From: Moniliella sp. 'wahieum'
Lineage: Eukaryota
NCBI GenBank assembly: GCA_003971905.1
Contig: RSEE01000125.1
Coordinates: forward strand, 62,001-126,000
Direction: 5' to 3'
DNA: 64,000 nt
Shown here: positions 13,901-27,211 of the stretch, one piece after another
Position numbering within the stretch: position 1 is the stretch's first letter
Layout: every line of letters begins with the position of its first letter
The notes under the pieces: generated by a model
The model's input: the letters and a program-made list of their open reading frames with translations, nothing else
The model's database searches: none
What the model was told of the DNA's origin: nothing
Program-made: the position numbers and the translations under genes

Positions 13901-15362
13901 AGGGTTCAATCTCCCCTTCTCCCTCTCCGCCACCGCCGAACCCCAGTTCACGGGAGAACAGTGTACCCTCCCCTTTGCCCACTGAGTCAAACATAACACC
14001 CGCATCGAATTACCTCTTTGCCCATCCGTCTGCTTCGCTACCCAGCCGGACCATCTCGCCCCTTGCCGAGGAGCCGATGCGGCAGAGCAGGTGGTGGTCA
14101 AGGAACAAGTCATTCGTCTTTCGCGCTGCCCACTCTGTGGTCGTGCCAGGCTGGCCCGCAAAGGCGAAGTGGACATTGTTACTCACTTGGCCGTCTGCGC
14201 GTCGCGCGATTGGGCCGCGCTCGATAAGATGGTGACCAAGGAGTTTGTTACGGCCATCAAGCTCAGCGCAAGTGGTACTTTAAGATGGTGCGCAAGTTGG
14301 GCCAAGGATCCTATGCCCTTGGCGCCAACTCGGCCAACATTATTGTTCAGGATCGAGCGACGGGAGAGATGCAAGAAGAGGCTGCCAAGGCCTATGTCTT
14401 TATCGGCATCCGTGCCCTTTATAAGGGCGCGAGACTACACGTCGAGGGAGCACGAGTAAGAAAGATGCTGCGTAACATGACACTCAAACAGGGTGCCAAG
14501 TTTGATGATCCCGCCTCTGTACGGGAGATTGCTCCGTTTGTCGCGTTCCACAAGTTAAATCTCGAGGAGATCTTGCTCCCGTTGGATCAATACAAAACGT
14601 TCAATGAGTTCTTTTACCGCAAACTTAAGCCCGGCGCTCGCCCCATCGAGGAACCCAACAACGAGTGGCGCCTCGTCTCGGCCGCCGACTGCCGCCTGAC
14701 CGTCTTTGCCTCGGTCCAAGAGGCGACGCGGGTCTGGATTAAAGGTCAAGGGTTCAACCTCCGCAATCTCTTGCGTGGTGCCCCCGGGGCGAGCGCAGTC
14801 GAACGGTTCGAGGGCGGACCAATGTGCATCTTCCGTCTGGCACCGCAAGATTACCATCGCTTCCATCTCCCTGTTTCAGGCCGTGTGGTGTGCATCACCC
14901 ACACCCCGGCGAGTACTTTACCGTCAATCCCCAAGCGGTTCGATCCAAGCTTGATATCTTTGGCTTGAACCGTCGCGCTGTCGTGGAGCTCGACACGCCC
15001 GCATTTGGAAAAGTTTTCCTTGTAGCTATTGGTGCGACGATGGTGGGATCCATCCTGTTTACCTGCGTTGAGGGGCAGATGGTCGAGCGAGGAGACGAGC
15101 TGGGCTACTTTGCCTTTGGCGGTAGCACGCTCGTCTGTCTCTTTGAGCCGGGACGGTGTGTGTTTGATGAGACTTGCTCACCAACTCGCGCGCAGCCATC
15201 GAGACGCTCGTCAAGGTGGGTAATGGCATTGGCCGCGGTACCCCGGAACACCGCACGCCTACGCCGCTCTCTACCAATCCCTCCCGTGGCCCGAGCAGGG
15301 TGGCCACCCCGAATCCGCAACTCCCGCCCGCACACGCCCAACCGGCTGGAACCCCTTTCTAG
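10966..15362 (+). CDS. PSD2: Phosphatidylserine decarboxylase 2 (C2 domain, EF-hand-like region and PSD domain)
   Basis: C2 segment VVGVVMLEVVGASDLPK...WDMDPF...VYDWDRLSTHDFVG. Catalytic region YKTFNEFFYRKLKPGARPI, AADCRLTVF, IFRLAPQDYHRFHLP, VAIGATMVGSI. Intact GGST self-cleavage motif at 15118-15129. Intron ~12727-12781; start is approximate. Confidence 0.92.
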
Positions 15363-15611
15363 CCAAGTTTCTCACCCGCGCGACTCACGAAGCCTGTCCC
15401 CCTCCCCCCCCGGCCCCAACGCTGGCCAGCGCCCTCCCGTCACCTTCCGTACACGGACCTAGTTCAACCTGCCCAACTTCCAAGGACTGCTCTCTCTCTT
15501 TTGCATTTTTTCACACTCCCCGTCCCCGCACGCTCACTGGGCTGCTCTAATTCAACTTCATCCTTTATCGCAGATCGCAGATAGAGAGCCATAGATGGAG
15601 AAACAAATTCC

Positions 15612-15801
15612 TTAGTCGACCTCGTTGACCTTAGCTGCAGCGGGCGCTCCTCGGTGGGCGCCTCCTTGGCAGGCTCCTCGGCAGGCTCCCGGCGTCCGAG
15701 TCTTCGGCGTCGCCGCCCAGGTTGGGCATGCCCTCGGCCCCACCCATGTTCTTGAGAAGCTCTTGGATGTCCATCCCACCCAGACCTTGGTCGCCGCCGC
15801 C

Positions 15802-15861
<60 letters not shown>

Positions 15862-16395
15862 CCCATGCCACCCATCATAGAGGCCATGTCCACTATCAAG
15901 TTGAGTCAGCACACATCTTCGCCTGAAAGGAACAGGGGGAGGGGGGTAATGAGGGAAACGTACTGCCAGGGGGCATGCCCGCCGTCGGGTCTTCCTCCTC
16001 CTCGTCTTGCTCATCCTCGTCCACCCACTTGTCAAAGTCGGTCTTAACGTTGTGGAGGCGAACCTTGTCCTTGGTCAGACGGGGCCAGAATTCTTCTTGG
16101 CCTCCTTCTTGCGGAGCACAGCAAACAAGCTCTTGGCACTGAGGTGCACCTTGCTAGCCTCCACATCGATAGGCGCAAAGAAGGCAAGAGAAAATGCATA
16201 GTGCTTCTCATCCACACCTTGTGCCGCCGGCACGTCCGCCTTGAACTCGAAACCCTCCGGGGTGAGGGTGAAGCTGGTGCCGGCCTGCAGCGGCGGCAGG
16301 TTGGGAGCGTTGATCGTGAGGTACACCACATTCTTCTCCGCCTCGTCGGCCGAGGAGCGCTGGGCCCAAAGAATCTCCGGAGCGACAGTAGACAT
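15612..16395 (-). CDS. SBA1: p23 / Sba1 (Wos2) Hsp90 co-chaperone
   Basis: MSTVAPEILWAQRSSADEAEKNVVYLTINAP, then KVRLHNVKTDFDKWVDEDEQDE, a GGM-repeat tail and AAAKVNEVD*. One intron at ~15924-15962. Confidence 0.92.
15796..15870 (-). repeat. 9-bp tandem repeat (GCCCATGCC)n encoding the Gly-Gly-Met tail of p23
   Basis: About 7 direct copies are visible; they translate as GGMGGMGGM on the minus strand. Confidence 0.9.
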
Positions 16396-16573
16396 GGCAG
16401 CGAGTGGTGGTGGTGGTGGTGCTGGTGGCCAGAAACAGAACCCTGGGGTTGGTGGGGAAGAAGGCAGCAAGCGGCCTAGAAGAACACATTGGCCCAAGCG
16501 AGGCCTCGCAACCCCAACACTGCCCTAGTGCGGAAGGAAGCGCCTAGAACGCGCTTGTTTTGAAACGAACAGA

Positions 16574-17752
16574 TCAGTCTGTGGCACGGCGGGCCTGTAG
16601 GGTTGGGTGCGTCGAGTATATTCTAGCGGGTCCTATCGTCGTGTCGGCTGCGCAAGACTCGTCCTGCGTTTGGAGGCGACCAGCTAGCTGCTCGTGGATC
16701 TGTTTCTGCAGTTCAGCGATAGTGTCAGTCTCCTTTTCCAGCTCAGTGTTACCAGAAGACTGGGCGGGAACACTCCCCTACCCCAGGGCTCTTACGGCGC
16801 CGACGAGTGCAGCCGCCAGCCGAGCTTACGCACCACTAGGCCACGCAGGAAGGCAGTGTTGAGAGGCTCCTCCTCCCGATGTTCTTGAGCGACAGGGGGA
16901 AGTTGGCTGATGTCTTGACGCAGCCGCGCGCGTGGCGCCAACAGGTTGTGTGTGAGGAGTCGCACATTGCTCCCCGCTAAGGTGTGGTGGTCCTTATTGA
17001 GCACAGCAAGCGGAATGCAGTTTTGCGGGGCTGGGGCTGGGCCTCCCGCGGTGACGCACGTGATGCTGCCCAAGCCTGAGGCTCAGGGGTCAGCCTGACC
17101 ATCCATCCATTCCGCACGTTGGCTTGCGGCAGATTCGCTCCCCTATGGCCACCAAGCGCAGACGCGCGGAAAAGAGAGAGCCAACTATTGAGTCTCGGCC
17201 TCCGCGTTTTGAGGGGGTTGGCCCCAGGTGTCAGTGTGACACGAAGCGCACAGACCCAGCTCTGAGGGAAGGCGCGAGAGGAGAAAGACATGCTAGTCAT
17301 GCCTCTTCTCCAGTGCAGCAAGCGTTTACGAAGAAAGATGCCAAAGCTGCGCTGATCGATCCGACACTGGGCATTTGTTGAACGTCCAGTGCGCATTGGC
17401 CAGGTGGCGGCTCCAATTGTGTTTGCATAACCAAACTGTGTATTAGTCCTTGGGGCATAGACGCGGTGCCTAAATTCATGAATTTTCCTCGTTCTTTCTT
17501 TCATTGCCGCGCATCCCCGGCCTTCCTGCTTATCTAGCTGCCTGCTTTCCCCTCCATGTGGGCCCCCAAACTAGATCGATCGATCGCCGACCCAAGCGAA
17601 AGGGCACCGGCGTCTGCGGCCGTCGGGTTCGTCTTGAGTATGTTGGCGGGGCCACCGTTGAAACAAAAACAGCCGGTGGTGGTTGGATGGAAAATGGTGG
17701 AGACACATGTTAGGGTTTCTGCACAGCGCCTGTCTTGGGCGGGCGTAGGCAT
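16574..17752 (-). CDS. Possible hypothetical protein, broken by frameshifts
   Basis: Protein-like minus-strand pieces (KERTRKIHEFRHR, HNLLAPRARLRQDISQL, ELEKETDTIAELQKQIHEQLAGRLQ) fill the gap between SBA1 and CRM1. No family recognised. Confidence 0.3.
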
Positions 17753-17905
17753 GGCGCCTGTGTAGCTAATTTCCCGGCGCCGGTGGTGACGCGGTGACGA
17801 GACCCGGCCGATCCGGCTCGGTGGTTACGGAGGTCTTGCCACCACTACCACCACCACCACCACTACCCCTCTTCGCCACCACTACTGCTCTTCTCCCGCT
17901 GCACG

Positions 17906-20900
17906 ATGGACACGCTCCTCGACTTTAGTCGGGAGCTCGACGTTGGCGCCCTCGACCAGGTCGCTGCGCTCATGTACACGGGCACGGGTGCCGACCAGAA
18001 GCAAGCGCAGGACTTGCTACGCCAGTTTCAGGACCACCCCGACGCCTGGCAACGCGTGCCCACCATCATCACCGCCAGCTCTCGCAACGAGAGCAAGTAC
18101 ATCGCCCTCCAGATCCTCGACAAACTGATCAGTACCCGCTGGAAGACCATCCCGCCCGAGCAGCAGCAGGGCATTCGCAACTTTGTCGTCCAGACCACAA
18201 TTGAGCAGTCGTCGGACGAAGTCAACCTCCGTCGCGAACGCGTCTACATCAACAAGCTCAACACCACCCTTGTCGAGGTACGTTGTACCCCACCTGTGCC
18301 CTCTCCTCTCGCGCTCGCTAACCTTCCCCCGCCCCCTCTCTCAGATCCTCAAGCAGGAGTGGCCCCAGGGCTGGCCCAACTTCATCCCGGAAATTGTTGC
18401 TTCGAGCAAGACGTCGTTGCCGATCTGCGAAAACAACATGCACATCCTCCGTCTTCTGTCTGAGGAGATCTTTGACTTTAGCGCCGGGTCGATGACCTCG
18501 GTCAAGGCCCAAGCTTTGAAGGAGCAGATGGTGTCGGAATTCTCTGAGGTCTTCCGTCTCTGCTCAGAGGTCCTGGAGAAGGCACAGAAGCCCTCTCTGA
18601 TCAAGGCTACGCTCGACACCACCCTTCGCTTCATTACCTGGGTCCCGCTTGGTTTCATCTTTGAAACGACGTTCATGGACACCCTTCTGAGCCGCGTACG
18701 TTTGATTCCGTGTGATACGTGCGTATCGGTATTAACCTGTCTGCAGTTCCTTGAGCACCCCGACTACCGCAACGTGACACTCAAGTGTCTGTCGGAGATT
18801 ACGCTGGTCAGTCTGCCGGATTATGACCAGCAGCTGTTGATTCTCTTCCAACTGTCCATGTCTGCCATTAACCGGATGCTTCCTCCGTCTGTGGACATTG
18901 CTAAGGGCTACGAGGATGGCTCGGACGAGGACCAAGAGCTGATCAACAACCTTGCCATTTTCATCTCGACTTTCCTTACCCACCACCTCAAGCTTATCGA
19001 GACGGAGGATCACCGCGCTCTGCTCCAGAATGCGCATATGTACCTCATCAAGATCGCGATGGTGCCCGAGAAGGAAATCTTCAAGATCTGTCTCGAATAC
19101 TTTAGCAAGTTGACCCAAGAATTTTACGAGGAGATGCAAAAGATGCCCGTGTCCAACCCAATCTTGGGTCTCAACTTGGGGGGTGCCTTTGGCGGGAACC
19201 AGTCCGAAGCGGCGGCACTGGTGGCGATGCGCAAGACGATGTATGCCGACATTCTGTCCAATCTGCGGATGGTGATGATTGAGCGCATGGTGAAGCCGGA
19301 AGAGGTGCTGATTGTAGAGAATGACGAGGGGGAGATTGTGCGCGAAGTGTTGAAAGAGTCGGATGCGATGGTCATGTACAAGAGCATGCGCAGTGTGCTT
19401 GTCTACCTGACCCACCTCGATCCCGTCGACACGGAAAACATCATGACCGACAAGCTAACACGCCAGGTGGATGGATCCGAGTGGGGATGGAACCCGCTCA
19501 ATACACTTTGTTGGGCGATCGGATCGATTTCGGGGGCCATGTCGGAAGACTCGGAACGCCGGTTCCTCGTGACGGTGATCCGGGATTTGCTGACGCTGTG
19601 CGAGGCAAAGAAGGGCAAGGACAACAAGGCGGTCGTCGCGTCCAACATCATGTACATTGTTGGGCAGTATCCCCGTTTCTTGCGGGCGCATTGGAAGTTC
19701 CTCAAGACAGTGGTCAACAAGAACTTTGAGTTTATGCACGAAACTCACGAGGGCGTGCAAGATATGGCGTGTGACACGTTCCTCAAGATTGCACAAAAGT
19801 GCCGGAGACACTTTATCATCCAACAGGCCGGCGAGGCCGAGCCGTTTGTCGATGAGATCCTTCGTTCGCTCCACTTTACCACCAACGACCTGAGCCCGTC
19901 CCAGGTGCACACGTTCTACGAGGCGGTCGGGTTCATGATTTCGGCCCAGACGGATCAAGACCAGCAGGAGCGGCTGATTGCCAAACTGATGGAGTTGCCC
20001 AATTCGGCGTGGAGCAATGTACTGGAACAAGCACGAGCCAACGTTGATGTCTTTAGCTCCCCGGAGAACATCAAAGTTCTGGCCAATGTACTCAAAACCA
20101 ACGTGGCCGCCTGCACTTCCATTGGAGCTGCTTTCCTCCCGCAGCTGGGCAAGATCTACCTCGACATGCTCGAGCTGTACAAGAGCGTCAGCACCATTAT
20201 CTCCGCCAAGGTTGAGGTCGAAGGTTTGATTGCGACCAAGACGCCCATGGTGCGTGGTTTGCGGACGATCAAGAAGGAGATCTTGCGGCTGGTCGAGACG
20301 TATGTGGCACGAGCGACCGACTTGGAGTATATCTCGAGCTCGATGATCCCTACGCTACTCGAGGCAGTCCTGGGCGACTATGCCAACAATGTACCGGACG
20401 CGCGGGATGCCGAGGTGCTCAACGTGATGGCGGCCATCACCAACAAATTGGGTGCGCTACTCCTGCCCCGATCCAACCGACGATCGACGCCGTGTTTGAA
20501 CCTACGCTAGCGATGATCTCGCTGGATTCAGTGAGTTCCCCGAGCACCGTGTTGGTTTCTTCCCGCTTGCTGCGGGCCATCACAGAGAACTGCTTTGAGG
20601 CGCTTCTCACTCCCTCTGCCGCCCGAGAAGTTCCGGCTCACGATGGACAGCATTATCTGGGCCATCAAGCACACGATGCGCGACATTGCCGACCAAGGCT
20701 TGTTCATCATGTTGGAGCTGCTGGACAAGATCCGGTTGGCGGACGCGTCGGTGGCCCAAGCGTTTTACCAGACCTACCTCCTGGCCGTCTTGCGCGACGT
20801 GTTTGCCGTCCTGACCGACTCGGATCACAAGTCGGGCTTTGGTGGACAATCGATGTTGCTGGCCAAGCTGTTTGAGCTGGTGGGTACAGGTGCTGTGCTT

Positions 20901-21245
20901 GCGCCACTGGGACCCGAGGTCGAGGCAGGACAGGCGGACAACAAGCTGTATGTGCAACAGTATACGGCCACCATGCTGCACAATGCGTTCCCCAACATGG
21001 ACCCGGCCTATGTGGAACAATTTGTGGTGGAGCTCTTCTTGCGCGCGGGTCAGGTGGCCGCGTACAAGCAAGTCCTGCGTGACTTCCTTATTCTCTCGCG
21101 CGAACAGAGCGGGGTGCGGTCGGACAATGCGGACCTGTATGTGGACGACAAGGAGGCCCAGGTGGCTGCCGAGATGGCCAAGGCGGGCGAGGTGCCGGGG
21201 ATGCTCAAGCCGTCCCAGATGAAGGACGAGGACGAGGAGCTTTGA
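17906..21245 (+). CDS. CRM1: Exportin-1 (CRM1/XPO1)
   Basis: QILKQEWP, ICENNMHILRLLSEEIFDFS, MVKPEEVLIVENDEGEIVRE, LNTLCWAIGSISGAM, GKDNKAVVASNIMYIVGQYPRFL and C-terminal VPGMLKPSQMKDEDEEL*. Introns 18278-18344 and 18696-18746; frame breaks near 20470-20610. Confidence 0.98.
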
Positions 21246-21423
21246 GGTGTGAGCTGTGATCTATGAGCTATGAGCCTCTGTCTAGGTTTGGCTTAGTGCA
21301 TTCATGTGCTGGTTCGTTTGTGAAACAAGTAGTCTCCCAAGTAGCACCCCCTCCCCCCCCGATGTTCCAGCAAGAACACAGATGGTGTTTGATAGCGTTG
21401 GATGGCAGTAGTTGGTGTAAGCG

Positions 21424-23759
21424 CTACGGGGCAGGGGCAGGGGCAGAGGCAGAGGGTGATGGCGACGACGCGGCGGTCTGGGCCAAAGCGACCTCATCTT
21501 GCGCATGCGCCGCACGCCGCGGGCAGCGTACCAGTCCGGGAGGAAGCCCGGCGCATCGAGGGTACCCTGCTCAATGGCGTCCAGATGCTTGATCAAATCG
21601 TAGTTGGTCTCGGCAGGCACCTGGCTGTCCTGCCGATAAGCGGGGTGCGCCTGAATGAAGTCGCGGATAAACGTGGCGGCGGTTTTGAGCTTGCCGCTGG
21701 CGCGGTCCGAAACGAGAGACAGGTAGCGTTCCAATTCACACCGCGTCTCCACGTCCATTCGTAGCCGGTCAAGGTACGAGCGGACTAGTGGCACCAAGCC
21801 GGTAAACTCGTCCTGTTCCCCGATGTGGTCAGCGCAGGCTCTGGGCGAGGTAGAACGAAAGGCGGGCAGGCAAGGCAGGCGGCGAAGGGGAGGGGGAGGG
21901 GGGGAGTAGACGTACAGTACCATTGATCAACTCGTTGAGGGTAAACTCGGCATCTTCGTCTTCCGGTGCTGGTTCTGCGTCGGGGGAGGTGGAGTGTGAG
22001 TCGGGGTTGGAGGCAAAGGCCGAGCGGGCAAACGAAGGTGGGTCCGAGACCAATTCCTTCTCCTTGCCCTGAGCACGAGCATGCAAGTTGAGCAGCGCGT
22101 CTTTGCGGTACCCTGTCTTGCTACTGGAGCTTGCCGTGGTGGCTGGCGTGGGTGGGGTGCTGGTGCGCTCCTGCTCGGCCGTGAGAGCCTCGCTAAGAGC
22201 GCGCGGGTTGGGCCCAGCGGACGCCTTGGACAGAGGCGCAGCGCGGTGCCGCGACAGATCTTTCCGGAAAAAGAAGCGCTGCGTGTGAATCGCATCGCGT
22301 TGCTGGGCACGCTGCATGTTCACGTCCACCTTGGACAGAGGCATGTAGAAGTTCAGTCCGAAACTCAGGATGGCGCGGGTGAGAAGGACGACAAAGATGC
22401 TAAAGGCGGCATTCTCAAAGTCGGTGATTTGTACTTCCATCGACCGTACCTCAACCCGCCATCCAATCTTGCCACCCAGCGGAGGCGGCTTGAAGCGAAG
22501 GGTCTGCCAGTTGGTAGATTGAATGTTCTCAAAGTGATCCAGACTCTGCCGGTCGTCGAGGTCAACCATCTCGGAGAAGATGACAAGCGGGTCGCGGATA
22601 AAGAGGTGAGCAAAGTGCCGCGCCAAGCGATCGTCCAGACCATGTTCCTTTAACCGTGCCAGCACACCCTCGTCAATGGGAAGGGGATTGTCATTGTAGT
22701 ATGCCTTGTTGGCCGCATCGGTAGAGAGGTAAGAATCGACCGAGTCGTATCGGCTCTTGTTCATGTGCATGCGTCCTTTTCCCTTTGTGAGTAGCTTCAG
22801 TCCTTTCTCCTCGTCTGTCCGGTCGTCAACAGCGGCCGAAATGACGTTCCAACGCGCATCAACATTGGCGAGCCAACCGCGGTACACGGGACTGGCCGCC
22901 GAGAGAGCAAGAAGGAGAGGGTAACAGGAATCATTTGGTCATAGATGGTGCGCGCCTCCTTGACGGAGCATGCTTGAAACGTAGCCTGGAGACAGCAGCA
23001 GCCCATGCCAAAGCCCATGGCGTCCATGTAAATGTGATCGGGCAAGGCGGCGCCTTCAAACGCCTCGTTGTCTCCGGGGAAGAGAGAACGATGGGGGATG
23101 GTGGGGTCGTGGAACGGCCGGGGCGTGTTCACGTCGTGGAAGATGGGCACGTTGATGGCGACCTTTTTGCCGCGGCGCTTGCGGATGTTGGCCGTCAAGG
23201 TGGGGAAGCGCACATGTTGGTTGATAACCTGGTCAGGCAAGAACAGGCTTTGACTTGCGGGGCCATCGGGCGCATGGTCGGGATCGATAAAAGGCCTGCC
23301 AGGGCGCGGCGCTCCGAGCATCGGGTAACTCGTCACGGTCAGCGGAAGTTCATTGGGCCGCAGATGGGCACGGATAATGAGACGGCGCAGCGCATGTCGG
23401 GTTCGACCTGGCGCAGCTTGGGGACTCGCACCAAATGGCTGTCCGGGGGTGGTCTCCAGCATGAAGCGGCCATACTCGGGGTGGAAGAGCGGGTAGGTGG
23501 CGCTGCGACCCTCGGCGGCGGCCTCAAGCTCGAGCAGGATCTCTCCCTGGCGCAAACTCAGCGGCGCATTGCGCGCAGCATCGTCGAGGGCGACCACGAC
23601 GTACTCGAGCTCGTCGCCCCAGAGCATGTGGTCGCCCTGGCGGTCTTTGACGGCGTCCCAGAGATAGAGGAACTCGGTGATGCCGTGGGTGCGGACATGC
23701 TCGGCGAGCTTCTGGGAGTCGGGCCAGTCGAGGGGCGTGCCGAGTGAGAGGAGACCCAT
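21424..23759 (-). CDS. GSH1: Glutamate-cysteine ligase catalytic subunit (gamma-glutamylcysteine synthetase)
   Basis: MGLLSLGTPLDW, LWGDELEY, FHPEYGRFMLETTPG, HIYMDAMGFGMGCCCLQ, HFAHLFIRDPLVIF, HFENIQSTNWQTLRFKPPP and GWRVE. Intron near 21830-21917; end is approximate. Confidence 0.97.
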
Positions 23760-24563
23760 GGGGGACGAACGGTGGGGGGGGTGACAGGTGGGACGGAACG
23801 GCAGCGATGGCGAGGAGAGGAGAGAAGCGAGCGGCGAGAGAGAGAAGCGAGCGGCGAGAGGAGAATGCGAGGAACGCCCGATAAAGGAGAGGCAGGGCAG
23901 AAGAAAACCAGCTGGGCAGCACCGGGGTTAAAGCGGTTAAATCCGGCTGTCAGCACGCTATCGACGGCCGCCCGTTCGACCGGAGGATGCGTTCGCCATC
24001 GTCATCGATCGTCGACCATCGACCGTCAATTATCAATCACCCACCACCGCGTCATTTAAACTGGGGCGTTATATAGAGCCGTCGGCTCCTCTATCCACCG
24101 CCTGCTGATGCGAAACTCCCCTCGCCTCAGCGCCCGCCCCGCGGTCCCCATGCTCGGGGCGTAGCAAGGGTGGGAGTGGCACCACTGGTGTGCCCTCGGG
24201 CTGACTCCGATGCCTGCCTGCCACGCAACGCTGCTCCCAGATCTCATCCTCAGCCAGTAGCTGCCATCCTGGTCTCTGACATCGGGAGGTCTGCTCCCCA
24301 GCTGGGGCCGTGCTTGGGCAGCCATAAGGCCTAAGACCAAAGGTCTAGGACCCGACGCCGCCCTCAGATCTCAGCCTTCTCTGTCGATACTCCAAAACAA
24401 GTCCCCACTCCGCCCCGCTTGGTACCTCTCGGGACAATCTAGCATGAGCCTCTCCCTCCTCACACAAAGGAACAGAGAAAAAAAGATGCATGCAGCACAC
24501 AGGCCAGCGCAAAAAAGCTAGCAGCTTAAAGCACGCTGGCCTCCCTTAAGGCCGAACTCCCAA

Positions 24564-25983
24564 TCATGCCGACGGCCATAGGCGCCCCGCTGCGTATTCA
24601 GCAACACCCATACAACGGAAGCTCACTCCGCCAGAGCAAGGGGAGCTTGTGGGGCGAGTCGTGCGGAAAGGGGAGTGGGCCGACGGGCCTGGCGAACGCG
24701 ACGCTTGTCGCCCTGCGCGTTCGAGGGCACGGCGGGCTGGAGGCGTGGGTCGAAGTGCTTCGCCGGCCATGGCGAACGAGACGGGGGACTTCGTTACTGG
24801 TTCGGGGGGCAGGACCACTTGACTCGGCCGCCGGACCAGCGGGGCATCCACTGGTGCTTCCGATCCGCGACGCGCCCACACATTGACAAAGAGCAGCCGT
24901 TTTAGTCGACGATTGTAGAAAAAGGCATACGTAGTCCACAGCACCCCACCACCAGACGAGTCCAACACACTTCGCGGCGCCACATCGTCCTCATCCTCGT
25001 CCTCGTCCGAACACGCCTCGGAGGGGGGGATTCCAGGGGAAATCCACCTGCGTAATCTTCATCAAAAAGCAGATCGCCGTCCGAGGGCTTGCGATGGTGG
25101 CGTTGGTGAATCGGCACAATGGGGACCGGCTGGGCCTCCTGAGCCCACTCGTCCGGCTCGGAGCCCAGGTCGTCGTACTCACTCCCGACGCCCATCGGCG
25201 CAGGCTCCATCTCGTCCGTGTCAATCTCGCCCGTGGCATGAGGATCCGCCTCGAGCGAGGGATGGAAGGTGAACACCTCACAGTCGTTCACGTCCATAAT
25301 GTCGTTCACGACAGAGGCTAGCTGCGGGCCCGGGCTAAGCGAGGAAGGGAAAGGGGGTTGGTGGGGCTGGATGGGCTTCCGAAGAGCGAGGGCAGGGCGC
25401 CGGGCAACGCCGAGAAGGAACGCGGGGTGCCCGAAACGGAGGACAGATGCCGCAGGGTGGTGCTCAGGCTGGACAGAACTCCATGGGGACTAGCTTCGGC
25501 GCGAAAATCAGCCGGGTTGACCGTGCTAAAGTCGTGATCGGGGAAGGCAAGATTGAGAGCGGTGATGAGGGTGAACAGGGCCTTGCGCGCCTGGGGGTCA
25601 GTGAGCGAACCAAAGGCAGAGTCGAGACTGTCGTCGTCCAGGCGCTCGGGCAGAGAAAGAGAAAGAGACAAGGAACGCGGATGGGCGGGAGAGAGGGAGG
25701 GGGAAGGGGAGTAGGAAGGAGGCGGAGAGGGCTGGCTCTGGTCCGACATGCTGAGGGGAGGCGGGTCGCGGCCATCGGCAGAGCGGGAGAGAAGCAGATG
25801 GAGGTCGCGTTGGGCGGCGGCACGGGCAGTGTACTGCTGCTCGAGGGCGCGCAGCAGACGGCGTTCGCGCGAGATGGCCTTGCACGAGTAGGCCTCGAGA
25901 CGCGTGAAGATGCGCACGTCGGCCGTCTCGAAGGTCAGCGCACGCGAGAGGAGCTCGAGCTCGGGATAGTCGAGATACTTCAT
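24564..25983 (-). CDS. MAF1: Maf1, repressor of RNA polymerase III
   Basis: MKYLDYPELELLSRAL, RLEAYSCK, RKALFTLITALNLAFPDHDFS, DCEVFTFHP and LWTTYAFFYNRRLKRLLF match the Maf1 A/B/C boxes. End is approximate. Confidence 0.93.
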
Positions 25984-26583
25984 CGGTGGTGGGGGGCGGC
26001 AGGAGGGGCGGAGGGGCACCCAGGGGGCTCAGGCTGAGCTGTGGGCTGCCATGGCTGAGCGGCTATCATATCAGCCACTTGTACTTAGTACTTACCCCAC
26101 ACCAGCGCTGTGCCCGCCTGGTGCGGTGCTGGTGCTGACATCAGCGGCGGCCCATCGCCCGATCCCAGCTGGAGCGTGGCCAGCGCTGGGCCTGCGCAGC
26201 TCCCGGCCGTGCGCACAGCCGTCCCCCGCCGTCCGCTCCCCTGCCGGCTCGTCTGGGATATGTCATCTGGGACCTCGGTCTGGCGGCGCCAGCAGCAGCG
26301 CCCAGCCGGCCCAGCCCCTGTCGGCCGACGGGCATTGCCTGTATCGTCCCACTCTGCCCAGTCATCCATCGTCCATCTCAGCCATCGTCGGCACCCGACA
26401 TTCCGCCGTGCGGGGCAACGCAGCGGAAACAGCAGCACTGGCCGCCTTCCCTTGCCGTCATTCATATCGTCACCGGCGCCCGCCGAAGCGAGGCGAATCC
26501 AGCCGAAAACATTGCCCACGCCACACACATTGCAGACGACGTTGCTGGCGCCCAGCAACGCATCCATCCCCCTCTTGCCCACC

Positions 26584-27211
26584 ATGTCCTTCGCTCGCAC
26601 CTGCACCCGCGCCCTCGCCCCCCTCGTGCGTGCCACCGCCACGCGGCGTGTGCCGCCCATGGCTCCGCTGCGCTCCCTCGCTTCGCCCCTTGCGCCTTCC
26701 CAGTATCTGGGCCTCCCGCAGCTGCGACTCTCTAGGGGCCAACCCCTCTCCACCTCAGCAGCTCAGCGGGACGCTGCGTCGACAGAAGCGCAAGGCCTGG
26801 CGTTTGAACCCAAGCTCCAGCTTACCTTTACTTGCACCGCCCGTTCCCGACTGTGGCACGCGCTCGACGCATGAATTTACGCGTCGCTCCTACGAGAAGG
26901 GCATTGTGTTAGTGCAATGCCCGGGGTGTAAGAACCGGTACGTCACTGCTCCTCCATCTGCCTGCTGGTAGCTGCACCGGTACTGGGTACTGACGCCAAA
27001 TGGAAGGCATTTGATCGCGGACCACCTAGGCTGGTTCAAGGACTCGAACGAGCCACGCACAGTCGAGCAGATGGTCGCCGCTCATGGCGGCCGCATTCAG
27101 AGGGGCACCAAGCACGTGCCTGAAGGCAACCAAGGTGAAACGATCGAGATCACCGACGATTCCCACCCCGACTTGCCCCCCTCGGAGATCCCGCCACCCA
27201 AAAAGGAGTGA
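26584..27211 (+). CDS. ZIM17: Mitochondrial DNL zinc-finger Hsp70 escort protein (Zim17/Hep1)
   Basis: Arg/Ala-rich presequence MSFARTCTRALAPLVRA, then KLQLTFTCT..CGTRSTHEFTRRSYEKGIVLVQCPGCKNR|HLIADHLGWF. Intron 26938-27006. Confidence 0.93.
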
